Below, one piece after another: positions 6,963 to 16,741 of a stretch of 64,000 nt of DNA; position 1 is the first letter of the stretch; each line of letters opens with the position of its first letter. The notes below the pieces were generated by a model that saw only the letters and a list, made by a program, of their open reading frames with translations, ran no database searches and was not told the DNA's origin. Source of the stretch: Clostridia bacterium (GTDB lineage: Bacteria > Bacillota > Clostridia > Oscillospirales > CAG-272). The DNA is taken from contig JAFQEK010000034.1 in assembly GCA_017399025.1 (NCBI GenBank), forward strand, positions 4,107 through 68,106, read 5' to 3'. The translations under genes and the position numbers were made by a program.

Positions 6963-9860
6963 TTATTCTTCGTAATCAAAGTAAGCAACATCGGGACGTA
7001 CATCGGGATGATCAAGCGTAATCTCGGAATTTCTGATTACCACGTTTTTCGCAAAGCGAATGGTGAATTTTGAGCCTGCGGAAGGTCCGTGGCGGTCATA
7101 TTCGGGATAACCCTTATTGATGGTCTTGGGACATCCAAACTGTTCCGTTGCGCCGCCGGGAAGCTCGAAATGGCAGTTTTCAAATACAACGTCTTCAACG
7201 CGCTGATTTTCGTTCTGACCGATCACCAAGGTTTCACGGATGAATTTTCTATGGCTGAACGGATAAGGCTTTTCAAAACGGAGATCACGGAAGGTAACTC
7301 CCTTGATATAACCCCAACGGGTGGGAATGCCTTCTTTACGGGGCAAACGGTTGCGTTCGCCGACAGTGATATAGACGGGAGCGCCAACGTCCGTCATGTC
7401 GATGCGTTCAAAGAGAACGTTTTCAACAGCCGCACCGTCAACGGTTTCCAAAGAAATACCGCAACGGTTGACATTCTTAACCGTACAGCCGCGGATATTT
7501 GCGTTTTTGAGACAATAATACGTATCTGTACCGAATTTGATACCGGAAGCCAAGCTCTGAATCATCATATCGTCAACGTCAATATTGTAACAGCCGACGG
7601 GATCCGAGCTCTTGAAGCAAAGTCCGTCATCGCCTGCCATTACGTTACAGCCGTAAATGGTCATATCGTGGCAGTCAACGGGATCGATACCGTCACGGTT
7701 CGGTGTATTCATGCAGTCAAGGTTCAGACCGCGGATCAGAACGTTTGCGCTGGAAAGCGGAACGACGGTCCAGAAGCAGCTGCTCTTGAAATTGATGTTT
7801 TCTACCGTAACACCTTTGGAATAGGTAATATATACAAGGTCGGGACGCGCATCCTCTACGCGTCTGTCTCCGAGCGGGTCATTCATTTTGAAACGGTATC
7901 TGCCGTTACCGTCAAGCATGCCGCCGCCCGTTACACGGACGTTGGAAACCTCATGACCGTATACAAGACCTCTGCCAAGCTGGCGATGCGCACAAAGGCT
8001 TGCGTAAGGCTGCTGCAACGGATATTCGCCGTGATCTTGTGTACCGAGAACGGTTGCGGTTCTGTCAACGAAGAGTGTCATATCGGACTTGAGGAAAAGC
8101 TCACCCGAGAAGAATACGCCGTCATGCAGATAAACCGTACCGCCCGTATAAGCCGCATCATCAATCGCTTTCTGGATTGCCGCGGTATCCAATGTTTTGC
8201 CGTCGCCAAGCGCGTTATAGGGTGCTTTCGTAACGTCAAATACGGGAGCCGCAGGGATAACACCGCGGGAGAAATCCCAAGCATCATAAATACGGATTCT
8301 GTTAATCAGAAGTCTCGTTCCTGCCTGCGCGGTATAAACCAAACGGGAAACGCTTTCAACAGGCGTTGCAAAAGCAAAATCCTTTGCGCGTACGGCACCG
8401 TCAACCATCAGGGTATAAACAGATTTTTCGGTATCCAGGGAAATCTTGAGATTGTACCAGTTGCCGGACGGATAGTATTGCCAATCCACCAGACCTTCAA
8501 AAATTTCAACCCAGTCATTGCCGTTGGTTGCAAACAAACAGTTTTTATAGAAGGCAACTCTGCAAGCCGTATTGCCCTTATCATCGGTAACCGCGGGAAC
8601 GATCACAAGGCTTTCATCCTCGGGATGTACCTTCGTTTCAATCGTAACCACACCGGAAACGGCGGGGAATCTGTATTCCGCACTTGCGTCCTCGTCGTTT
8701 TCGGAAACGAGAGAAACACTCTTGTCACTTGCGAAAGGCAGATCTGCCAAAGTAACGGAAGCGTTTGCGGTAGGAGTCATATCAATTTCATCGGAAGTAA
8801 ATTCCTCACGGACCGCATAAATTTCAGTATCATCAAACAAATAAAGATTATCCAACTCACCGATACCGTCACAGGAAAAGCCAATGGCAACGGGCTCGGC
8901 ATCGCTAATGACCTCCACACCCTTGACTGCAAGGCGTGTGTTTGCCCAAACGTCATATTCGCCGCGTTCGGTATCCAGAACCACACGAAGTTCCATATCT
9001 TCACCCTGTGCATAAGGAAGAATCACTTCTCCGTCCATGGTGCAAAGCGTATCTCCGTCCAGAACGGCGCCGCAAATTGCGCCTGCGCTGCCGAGAATTG
9101 CCGCCGCAAGAATACCTTCCTTGCAGTTCAGCTTTGCCGTCATAACGATACGGGAGGAAGCGTTTTCAATCGGATAAGAAAGATAGGAATCCGCAGTCAT
9201 GGCAACATAGCCGTCCCTCGCATCGTCCTCTCTCTTTTTGAGTGTACAGCCGTGGCCGCCGAAACGCTCCAATGCGTTTTCCTGATTAAATACTTCAACA
9301 AGATAGCTCTTATATTCTCTTTTTTCATATGCGGGAAGCGCTTCTCCCATCACGGGAACCTGTGCCAAAGTGCGTTTTTCTTCATCTGCAGTCGGAATTG
9401 CAAGAACGATAAAATGATTGCAATCGCCTTCAATACCGGGAATATGTACAAGTTCACCCTGTTCGGATGCTTTTTCAAAAATCACATATGTTCTTCCGTC
9501 AGAACCTGTAATTTTGTCACCTGTAGCAAAGAAATCTTCCGTCCATGTGGGCATCGGCATGGACTCGTCCAGAGCAACGGCAACGACCGCATCTCTTTCG
9601 CAGAAGAAATCCACCTCCTGCTTATCGTCAAAACCGTCCGCGCGGGAATTGAAGGTCATGATGTAATCCGCGCCGATATAACGCGCGGGAACTGCCGAAG
9701 CAGTAACTTCTTCGTTGGAATGGAGCTTTGCGCCTACAGAAAAATTTGCATATACGGAATACCAGCCGCTGGTATCCCAAGGAGAAACGAATCTGCCTAT
9801 GATGGGAGATTCGGGATAGTATGCGCCACAGCTTACACGGTTATGGGAATTCATGTTCAT
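6963..9860 (-). CDS. Multidomain GH28-like (pectin-lyase fold) glycoside hydrolase
   Basis: C-terminal half has GDGKTLDTAAIQKAID, NTPNRDGIDP, AGDDGLCFKS. About 530 aa of N-terminal extension. Confidence 0.82.
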   Translation of the reverse strand: MNMNSHNRVSCGAYYPESPIIGRFVSPWDTSGWYSVYANFSVGAKLHSNEEVTASAVPARYIGADYIMTFNSRADGFDDKQEVDFFCERDAVVAVALDESMPMPTWTEDFFATGDKITGSDGRTYVIFEKASEQGELVHIPGIEGDCNHFIVLAIPTADEEKRTLAQVPVMGEALPAYEKREYKSYLVEVFNQENALERFGGHGCTLKKREDDARDGYVAMTADSYLSYPIENASSRIVMTAKLNCKEGILAAAILGSAGAICGAVLDGDTLCTMDGEVILPYAQGEDMELRVVLDTERGEYDVWANTRLAVKGVEVISDAEPVAIGFSCDGIGELDNLYLFDDTEIYAVREEFTSDEIDMTPTANASVTLADLPFASDKSVSLVSENDEDASAEYRFPAVSGVVTIETKVHPEDESLVIVPAVTDDKGNTACRVAFYKNCLFATNGNDWVEIFEGLVDWQYYPSGNWYNLKISLDTEKSVYTLMVDGAVRAKDFAFATPVESVSRLVYTAQAGTRLLINRIRIYDAWDFSRGVIPAAPVFDVTKAPYNALGDGKTLDTAAIQKAIDDAAYTGGTVYLHDGVFFSGELFLKSDMTLFVDRTATVLGTQDHGEYPLQQPYASLCAHRQLGRGLVYGHEVSNVRVTGGGMLDGNGRYRFKMNDPLGDRRVEDARPDLVYITYSKGVTVENINFKSSCFWTVVPLSSANVLIRGLNLDCMNTPNRDGIDPVDCHDMTIYGCNVMAGDDGLCFKSSDPVGCYNIDVDDMMIQSLASGIKFGTDTYYCLKNANIRGCTVKNVNRCGISLETVDGAAVENVLFERIDMTDVGAPVYITVGERNRLPRKEGIPTRWGYIKGVTFRDLRFEKPYPFSHRKFIRETLVIGQNENQRVEDVVFENCHFELPGGATEQFGCPKTINKGYPEYDRHGPSAGSKFTIRFAKNVVIRNSEITLDHPDVRPDVAYFDYEE

Positions 9861-9889
9861 AATCTGAGTCCTTTCCTTTCAACATCCGA

Positions 9890-11569
9890 TCAGATATCCA
9901 TAATGATCGGCAAAATCATCGGTTTGCGTTTGGTCTGGGAATAAATAAATTTAGAAAGATCTTCTTTCATTTTGAATTTCAACTGTGCCCAATCGTGAAC
10001 GCCCTTATCAAGGCAATGATAAAGCGCTTCGCGGGAAATCATACGGATCTGTTCGATCAAAGGCTCGCTTTCCTTTGCGTAAACAAAGCCGCGGGAAACG
10101 ATTTCGGGACCGGAAATGATATCGCAAGCCTGTGCATCAATGGTTGCCACCACAATGATGATTCCATCCTCGGACAAATGGCGTCGATCTCGCAGAACCA
10201 CGTTTCCAACGTCTCCGACACCCGTACCGTCAACCAGAATAATGCCGGCGGGAACCGTTCCATTGAATTTTGCACCGTCCGTGCCGATTTCCAGAATCTT
10301 TCCGTTTTCCGAAACGAAAACGTGATTCGGCTCCATGCCCATATATTCCGCAAGTTCTTTATGGTGATACAAATGTCTTGCTTCTCCATGTACAGGCATA
10401 AAATACTGCGGTTTTGTCAGCGCATGTATAATTTTCAGCTCTTCCTGGCAAGCATGACCCGAAACATGAACTTCGGCAACGCTGTCATTGAGAACACGGA
10501 CCCCTTTCCGATAAAGCTCGTTGATAATATTTCCGACAAGCTTTTCATTTCCGGGAATTGCGGAAGCACTGATGATGACGACATCATCCGTTCCCAATTC
10601 GATTTTGTCGTGCATATTGAATGCCATACGGTAAAGCGCTGACATGGGTTCACCCTGACTTCCCGTAGAAATAACGGTCAGCTTTTCGGGAGGATATTTC
10701 TTGCTCTCACTGATATCAATAAGCGTTCCCTCCGGGATATCCATATAGCCGAGATCTACAGCAGCGGAAACGATATTGATCATACTGCGTCCCGTTACCG
10801 CAACCTTTCTGCCGGCATTGACGGAACTGCTGATGATGTGCTGAATACGGTGAACATTTGAGGAAAAGGTCGCAATCACCAGACGTTTATCCTTATAAAT
10901 ATCAAAAATACGAACGAGCGATTCAGCAATCTTATGCTCCGAAGGAGTATATCCTGGACGTTCCACGTTTGTGGATTCCGCCATCAGAAGCAGAACACCC
11001 TCTTTTCCAAGTTGTCCGAACCGTGTCAAATCTATCATTTCTCCGCTTACGGGCGTAGTATCGATCTTAAAGTCTCCCGTATGCACGATCGTTCCGAGCG
11101 GTGTTCTGATCGCAAGCGCACAGGCATCGGCAATGGAGTGATTGACATGAATAAACTCCACCTCAAAAAGACCGAGTTTTATCGTATCTCCCGCGCTCAC
11201 GCAATTCAATTCCGGTTCAAAACCCAATTCGTGCTCGGCAAGCTTGTTTTCCAGAATGCCGAGTGTCAATCTCGTTCCGTAGATCGGAACCGTCAATTTC
11301 TGCAACAGATACGGAATACCGCCGATATGGTCCTCATGCCCGTGTGTAAGAACAATACCCTTGATCTTTTCCGCATTGCTGACCAGATATGTGATATCGT
11401 TGACAACAAGATCAACGCCGAGCATATCATCATTCGGGAAGCCAAGTCCGCAGTCAACGATGAGTATATTGTCGCTGTATTCGAGTATAGTCAGGTTTTT
11501 TCCAATTTCACCGAGTCCACCCAGAGGGATGACTCTCAATTTTTTCAGTTTTCCTTTGGTTCTCGCCAT
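9890..11569 (-). CDS. rnj: Ribonuclease J
   Basis: PLGGLGEIGKN, THGHEDHIG, HTGDFK, HVSGHA, PVHGE. ATG 11569 follows GAAAGGA. Confidence 0.96.
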   Translation of the reverse strand: MARTKGKLKKLRVIPLGGLGEIGKNLTILEYSDNILIVDCGLGFPNDDMLGVDLVVNDITYLVSNAEKIKGIVLTHGHEDHIGGIPYLLQKLTVPIYGTRLTLGILENKLAEHELGFEPELNCVSAGDTIKLGLFEVEFIHVNHSIADACALAIRTPLGTIVHTGDFKIDTTPVSGEMIDLTRFGQLGKEGVLLLMAESTNVERPGYTPSEHKIAESLVRIFDIYKDKRLVIATFSSNVHRIQHIISSSVNAGRKVAVTGRSMINIVSAAVDLGYMDIPEGTLIDISESKKYPPEKLTVISTGSQGEPMSALYRMAFNMHDKIELGTDDVVIISASAIPGNEKLVGNIINELYRKGVRVLNDSVAEVHVSGHACQEELKIIHALTKPQYFMPVHGEARHLYHHKELAEYMGMEPNHVFVSENGKILEIGTDGAKFNGTVPAGIILVDGTGVGDVGNVVLRDRRHLSEDGIIIVVATIDAQACDIISGPEIVSRGFVYAKESEPLIEQIRMISREALYHCLDKGVHDWAQLKFKMKEDLSKFIYSQTKRKPMILPIIMDI

Positions 11570-12016
11570 AGAATAAATCCTTTCTTTCGTTAATAATCTC
11601 AAAAAAAACAGACAGTGCTGCCAAAAAAACGAATTTGAGCAACACAAAAAATCCTGAACGCTCCTTGCGGTTCAAGCAATAATCTGATTCAATATGTATC
11701 GCACAAAAATTTCACGCATCCGGAAGCAAAATTTTCGCACGAAAAGATAAAAATAGAACGGCTATCCGATCAAAAGCCATATTCTCAACGCTCGGTTCGG
11801 ATACTGCTTATATATTGTGTTCAAATTATTTCAAATCAAACGCAGAAATTCATTTTTCTGCTCTCTTCTTACAGTATACACCAATTTTATGATTTTCGCA
11901 ATAGTTTTTTGAATTTATTTTTTGCATCATCTCCCGCAGCCCATCTCAAATATGCAGATACGGGAAAATATTATCCGGATAAATAGAATGCCCTCCCTTT
12001 CGGGAAGGCAAAACGA

Positions 12017-13462
12017 TCAGTCGTCATCTTCATATTTCGGATAAATATGATAAGAATCCAGAACAGGAATCATAATCAAAGCGGTAAGTCCCGCTGTAAA
12101 ACCACCGTTATAGAGAACAAAGCCACCGTGCATACCCGATGTAGAGGTGCAAATCACAGCATGAAGGATTCCTGAGATTACACCCTTTTTCCATCCGTAT
12201 TTTCCTGCAATCGGACAAAGTCCCGTTGCAAAAGCCAGACCGTTGACATATTCCTGTGAGGAAAGCATCCAAGGGAGCGGTTCGCCCAGACACGTACAGA
12301 CAATACAAACGAACGAAAAAAGAAGGATATATCCCAAAACAATGGGGGCAACATTGCGCGGATGCTGTCCATCCGCAGAAAACGTCAGGGCCGCAAACAA
12401 AACGCCCACCGTAGGTCCCGTGAAGCCTGCGCTTTCGGGAAGAATGATCGAAGGGAAAACCAATTGCAGAATCTCGGGCACCATAAAAACCATATTCAGA
12501 TAAGAGAGAATACAAAGTCCGTACACGCCGAAATTGATGAAGCAGACGGGCATTCCGAATTTATCAGCAAAATCAAGTCCGTAACCCGTACAACGTGTCA
12601 GCAGGCGGTAACCGTGAAAATTCTTTCCGTTCATGAAAAAACCAAGCACGATTGAAGACATGAACATAATCAAAAAGAAAATATCCATGAACAGAATGTA
12701 GGAATGGTTAAAAGAATCGTAAACGGGATTTTCCCTGACCACAACATCGGGAGAAGAAAAACCGAGCGTCCGATATAAAAAGGCATGCGCCGCAATACCG
12801 AAAATGCCAACTGCCAACCCTGCCTGATACATATTATAGCCTCTTTGCATAGCGGCAATTCCCGGAAGCAATGCGGGAATTACAAATCCGCAAACCGTCC
12901 CGAAAACAATCGCAAAAATAACACCCGGCACGCTGAGCTGAATGATCCCCAGATGGAACTGACCCACCGTATATCGAAACAAAAGGTCGCTGACGAATGG
13001 TGCAAGCGCCGTGGAAAACATGGTAATATGTAAATTTTTTCGAATAGGATTTTTTGTAATCAGACAATAGATCAGAACACCGATGAAAGGCGGCCACATA
13101 TTCAGAAAATTCAGTCCGTAAAAGCAATGCGCGATAACGAGAATATATGCCGCAAAGGTTTTGGCATTCGCTCTCGTGTGCGTAATCAGAATCATAAAAT
13201 TGCAGGCAAGTCCGCAAAGTCCCGCATTGAACAGCGTGCTTGCAAGGCATCCGAGATTAAAATAATCCGTAACCAATTTGGAAGGAGAAATCAAAATACG
13301 GAAAAAATTATCCCAGAAAACGGCATGTTCTCCCGTATACCATAGAGCCGCCGGAACCGACGCAAAAAAAGAAAGGCTGATAAAAAACGCAAACAATGCA
13401 AACGGTTTGCTGTTTTCCTGTTCTCTTTTCTGTAAAAAAAGCTCTTTTTCATTTGCCGCCAT
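12017..13462 (-). CDS. DUF1576-like integral membrane protein
   Basis: 481 aa, polytopic, with LVTDYF, GYNMYQAG and LYNGGFTAG motifs. Confidence 0.72.
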   Translation of the reverse strand: MAANEKELFLQKREQENSKPFALFAFFISLSFFASVPAALWYTGEHAVFWDNFFRILISPSKLVTDYFNLGCLASTLFNAGLCGLACNFMILITHTRANAKTFAAYILVIAHCFYGLNFLNMWPPFIGVLIYCLITKNPIRKNLHITMFSTALAPFVSDLLFRYTVGQFHLGIIQLSVPGVIFAIVFGTVCGFVIPALLPGIAAMQRGYNMYQAGLAVGIFGIAAHAFLYRTLGFSSPDVVVRENPVYDSFNHSYILFMDIFFLIMFMSSIVLGFFMNGKNFHGYRLLTRCTGYGLDFADKFGMPVCFINFGVYGLCILSYLNMVFMVPEILQLVFPSIILPESAGFTGPTVGVLFAALTFSADGQHPRNVAPIVLGYILLFSFVCIVCTCLGEPLPWMLSSQEYVNGLAFATGLCPIAGKYGWKKGVISGILHAVICTSTSGMHGGFVLYNGGFTAGLTALIMIPVLDSYHIYPKYEDDD

Positions 13463-13562
13463 AATGTTTTCCCCTTATCTCCGTTTTCTTATATCAGCAT
13501 ACCATATATTTCATATTTTTACAAGTATAGTTTCAGAAATTTTCAGGGCGACAGAAAATCGG

Positions 13563-13591
13563 TTGACAAAATTTTTATCTTTGGGTATAAT
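13563..13591 (+). promoter_or_regulatory. Consensus sigmaA promoter
   Basis: TTGACA-N17-TATAAT. Confidence 0.85.
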
Positions 13592-13687
13592 AAAACCATA
13601 GCATAACACTGTATTTACACATATCTTTTCCGCCCATCTTTCCATTTACCATTTTCATGCCGTTTTTCGGCAGAACGGAGATATTTT

Positions 13688-15409
13688 ATGAAACAATTTT
13701 ATTTTTACGCCTTGCAAGGTGCACAGAATTTGTTGCAAAGAGGAATGCGCAATATCATACGGGATTTCTCCAATCCGTACTATGGAAAAATTTTTGCCGA
13801 CAACGGTTTATTTGAACCGGGCTCATCGTTCGTCTATATGGAATGCGCAATCACACTTTATGTCTGCCCCGACAGCACGTATTACAAAAAGCCGAGTGTC
13901 CGTGAATTTATTCACTTGCTTTGCGCCGGCGTGGAAGACAGTATACACGAAGACGGAACAGATGATCTGATCATATCCAATTACCATCAGCCGGAATTTT
14001 TTAACATGCCTCATATTTGTTATGCTTACCGCCTGCTTCGCGATTTTCCCGAAAAAACAGAAGCAGAGAATGAAATTGCTGAAAAAATTTATCATCTTCT
14101 GGAACGCCTTTCCCAAGGCCTTCTTTCAAGCGGATTCCACACACCCAATCACCGTTGGGTACACACAGCAGCTCTGTATTACGCATATAATACGCTTCGT
14201 GAAAAAGACGAAAGACTGTTACACAGAGCAAAACAATATCTGGCAGAAAAAATTGACATTGATGAAAATGGTGAATTTTCCGAACGTTCCGCAGGAATGT
14301 ACAGTGCCGTTTCCGACAGAGCACTTTGTCAAATTGCCATGGAAGCCAATATGCCCGAACTTTTCGAACTTGTCAAGAAAAATTTACTGCTCGTTTCCCG
14401 TTTTATTGAAAAAGGCACTCTGATCTTTACACAAAATTCCCGCCGCAAAGATAAAGGCGAGGTCGGAAGCAACACACTTTTTGATTTTGAAAGATATACG
14501 GATATTTGTCTGATGGCATATGCCAATACGAAAGATCTCTCATTTTTGGGAATTCTCAAAAACGGACTTTCCGGTAAACCTGCGAATGCAGTCATTCACT
14601 CTCCTCTGCGCCTTTATATGCTTTATCCCGAACTGAGAAATATTTCGGTCAATTTCTCCCTGCTGCCTCCCCCCGAAAAAGAATTCCATCTGTTCTATCC
14701 GCAATCGGGTATTGTCCGCGTGAAAAAGAACGGCGTTATTTACTCTCTGCTTGCAAGAAATCCCGATTTTATGCATATTACCGTCGGCAATATCAGCATT
14801 CGTGCCCGAATCTGTTCTTCTTTCTTTGCCATCGCGCAATTTTTACCCGATGCAATCGAAAAAATCGGAGAAAACCAATACCGTATGTCTTTTCATACCC
14901 GGGCAGATTACAAACTTCCTTTTGATACCCCACCGGAAGGTTCGGAAAATTATTGGAGTATGGATTATAACAGCAGACAAAGCATCTGTCGCTGCGATTT
15001 CGGCTATACGGTAGATTTTTCCTTTACCGAAACAGGTCTGAAAATACATATACAAACTCACGGAATGGAAAAAGTGCCGTTCAAACTGGAAATTGCCGTT
15101 CCGACCGATGTTTATATACGCGCAGGAAGCGCCATGACCGTTGCCACGGCAGGAAATTTCCTTTGCGCTTCCGAAGGCGATGTCAGTCTTTCCAATCCCG
15201 AGGGTGATTCCCTGACTGTCAAAAATGTTTTTGCCAAACATTTTTACCATCGGAATATGAGAGGCAGTGTTCCTTCTCCTTGCGATAAATATTTACTCTT
15301 CCTGACTGATTTCTCTCCCGTTGACAGAACCGTTGAAATTATTTGCGAAAGAAACCGTCCTTTGGATTATTTCTGTCATTTTGAAGAAAATCAAAAATAT
15401 AAAAATTAA
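13688..15409 (+). CDS. Hypothetical protein, possibly heparinase II/III-like lyase fold
   Basis: 573 aa, RBS GGAG. Helical N-half with GFHTPNHRW and DENGEFSERS, beta-rich C-half starting near YPQSGIVR. The fold call is inference. Confidence 0.7.
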   Translation: MKQFYFYALQGAQNLLQRGMRNIIRDFSNPYYGKIFADNGLFEPGSSFVYMECAITLYVCPDSTYYKKPSVREFIHLLCAGVEDSIHEDGTDDLIISNYHQPEFFNMPHICYAYRLLRDFPEKTEAENEIAEKIYHLLERLSQGLLSSGFHTPNHRWVHTAALYYAYNTLREKDERLLHRAKQYLAEKIDIDENGEFSERSAGMYSAVSDRALCQIAMEANMPELFELVKKNLLLVSRFIEKGTLIFTQNSRRKDKGEVGSNTLFDFERYTDICLMAYANTKDLSFLGILKNGLSGKPANAVIHSPLRLYMLYPELRNISVNFSLLPPPEKEFHLFYPQSGIVRVKKNGVIYSLLARNPDFMHITVGNISIRARICSSFFAIAQFLPDAIEKIGENQYRMSFHTRADYKLPFDTPPEGSENYWSMDYNSRQSICRCDFGYTVDFSFTETGLKIHIQTHGMEKVPFKLEIAVPTDVYIRAGSAMTVATAGNFLCASEGDVSLSNPEGDSLTVKNVFAKHFYHRNMRGSVPSPCDKYLLFLTDFSPVDRTVEIICERNRPLDYFCHFEENQKYKN

Positions 15410-15490
15410 ACATTGCAATATTTACAAAAATTCAAAAACCGCCTGATTTTTCAATCAAGCGGTTTTTACATTCGAAAAATATCCGAAAAT

Positions 15491-16210
15491 TCAGTTATTC
15501 AATCTATTTTTGATATCAATCAAATTTTCGTTAGTATATTCTTGGCGAAGATTCAATTCTTCTACCGCCATAGCAAGAATTTTTTGAGCTTCTGCATTTT
15601 GCTTAGCGATATTTTCCATTCTCCAACGATGGAGTTGTTCTTCATAAAGATTAAAAACTTCTTTCAGTGTATCAGCACGACCATCAATGACAGCAAGCAG
15701 CATATAAGAAACGGCATTTATATTGCGGTAAGAAGCAGGTAAAAAAGAAATTACTCCAACGTTTGTATTGCAAAATTCTTCCTTTTCATTTCGAATATCT
15801 TTTCTTTCATAACCGATTTTCTCAATTTGAGGAACAGTTACCGTATCGTAATATTCATCCTCGTCTTCCATAAATTTTTTATGTTTCTTAGTGGATTTTA
15901 TTAAAGTGTGTACCGCAACAATATCCGCCACAATTGCAATTCCTATCACTATAAAATCCGTTTGTGTCGCTTCCACAATAAAACTAACGATAAAACACAA
16001 CAATAATAGCGCAGAACAAGCAATAATCACAATTTTCAAAAATTTTTTTAGTCCCTTGAAAGACTCTATTGCGTCTTGAACCTTTTTGGTCGATTCAGAC
16101 TCAAGTTTTTCAATTTCCAGAGTTTTACACTGAATCTCTTCATCGTAATTTTTGATTGTTTGAAAATACCGCGTTGCATTTAATAATTTTTTGTACAAAT
16201 CCTGATTCAT
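15491..16210 (-). CDS. Hypothetical 2-TM coiled-coil protein
   Basis: ATG 16210 after AAGGAG, 239 aa, AT-rich. Confidence 0.8.
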   Translation of the reverse strand: MNQDLYKKLLNATRYFQTIKNYDEEIQCKTLEIEKLESESTKKVQDAIESFKGLKKFLKIVIIACSALLLLCFIVSFIVEATQTDFIVIGIAIVADIVAVHTLIKSTKKHKKFMEDEDEYYDTVTVPQIEKIGYERKDIRNEKEEFCNTNVGVISFLPASYRNINAVSYMLLAVIDGRADTLKEVFNLYEEQLHRWRMENIAKQNAEAQKILAMAVEELNLRQEYTNENLIDIKNRLNN

Positions 16211-16227
16211 TAGATATTCTCCTTTTA

Positions 16228-16303
16228 TTTGACATTCTGTGAATGTCATTTCTGGAAGAATTATAGCATATAATAATCCTGTTGTCAAGCACTAAATGTC
16301 AAA
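16228..16303. promoter_or_regulatory. Divergent control region with a putative XRE operator
   Basis: Palindrome TGACATTC-tgt-GAATGTCA at 16230-16248, an extra half-site AATGTCA at 16295-16301, and minus-strand TTGACA-N17-TATAAT at 16288-16260. Confidence 0.65.
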
Positions 16304-16315
16304 AAGGAGAAAAAT

Positions 16316-16561
16316 ATGTTTATAAATAAATCCATTGATGGATTAAATAATATTTGTGGCAAGAATATTGCTGCTTTTCGAATGGAAATGAAAATATCTC
16401 AACGAGAATTAGCAGATTGCCTTCAATTGGTTGGATTGGATATGGACAAAAATGCCATTCAACGCATTGAGGCAGGCAAACGCTTTGTAACAGACATTGA
16501 ATTGATCGGATTATCCAAGGTATTGAATAAAAATTTTGATGAAATCTTATCTGTCAAATAA
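16316..16561 (+). CDS. XRE-family HTH transcriptional regulator
   Basis: ISQRELAD...IQRIEAGKR, RBS AAGGAG. Confidence 0.9.
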   Translation: MFINKSIDGLNNICGKNIAAFRMEMKISQRELADCLQLVGLDMDKNAIQRIEAGKRFVTDIELIGLSKVLNKNFDEILSVK

Positions 16562-16741
16562 ACACATCTCCCGAAAAATTGAACTGTTGCCTAAAAAAGT
16601 ATTTTTTTGATCTTTTTTGTCCTTACTGATTTTTTATTACGCCATAAAACATAATAATTCAAAAAGGAAAAAGCACGGCATGCCGTGCTTTTTCCCGAGA
16701 AGATAGTATGAAAAAAGGAGTATAATGAAAAAGGTCGTAAA

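Noticed and set aside
7089-9944. 951-aa antisense ORF over the GH28-like gene
   Set aside because: Shadow frame of a codon-biased gene, with no RBS and no recognisable motifs.
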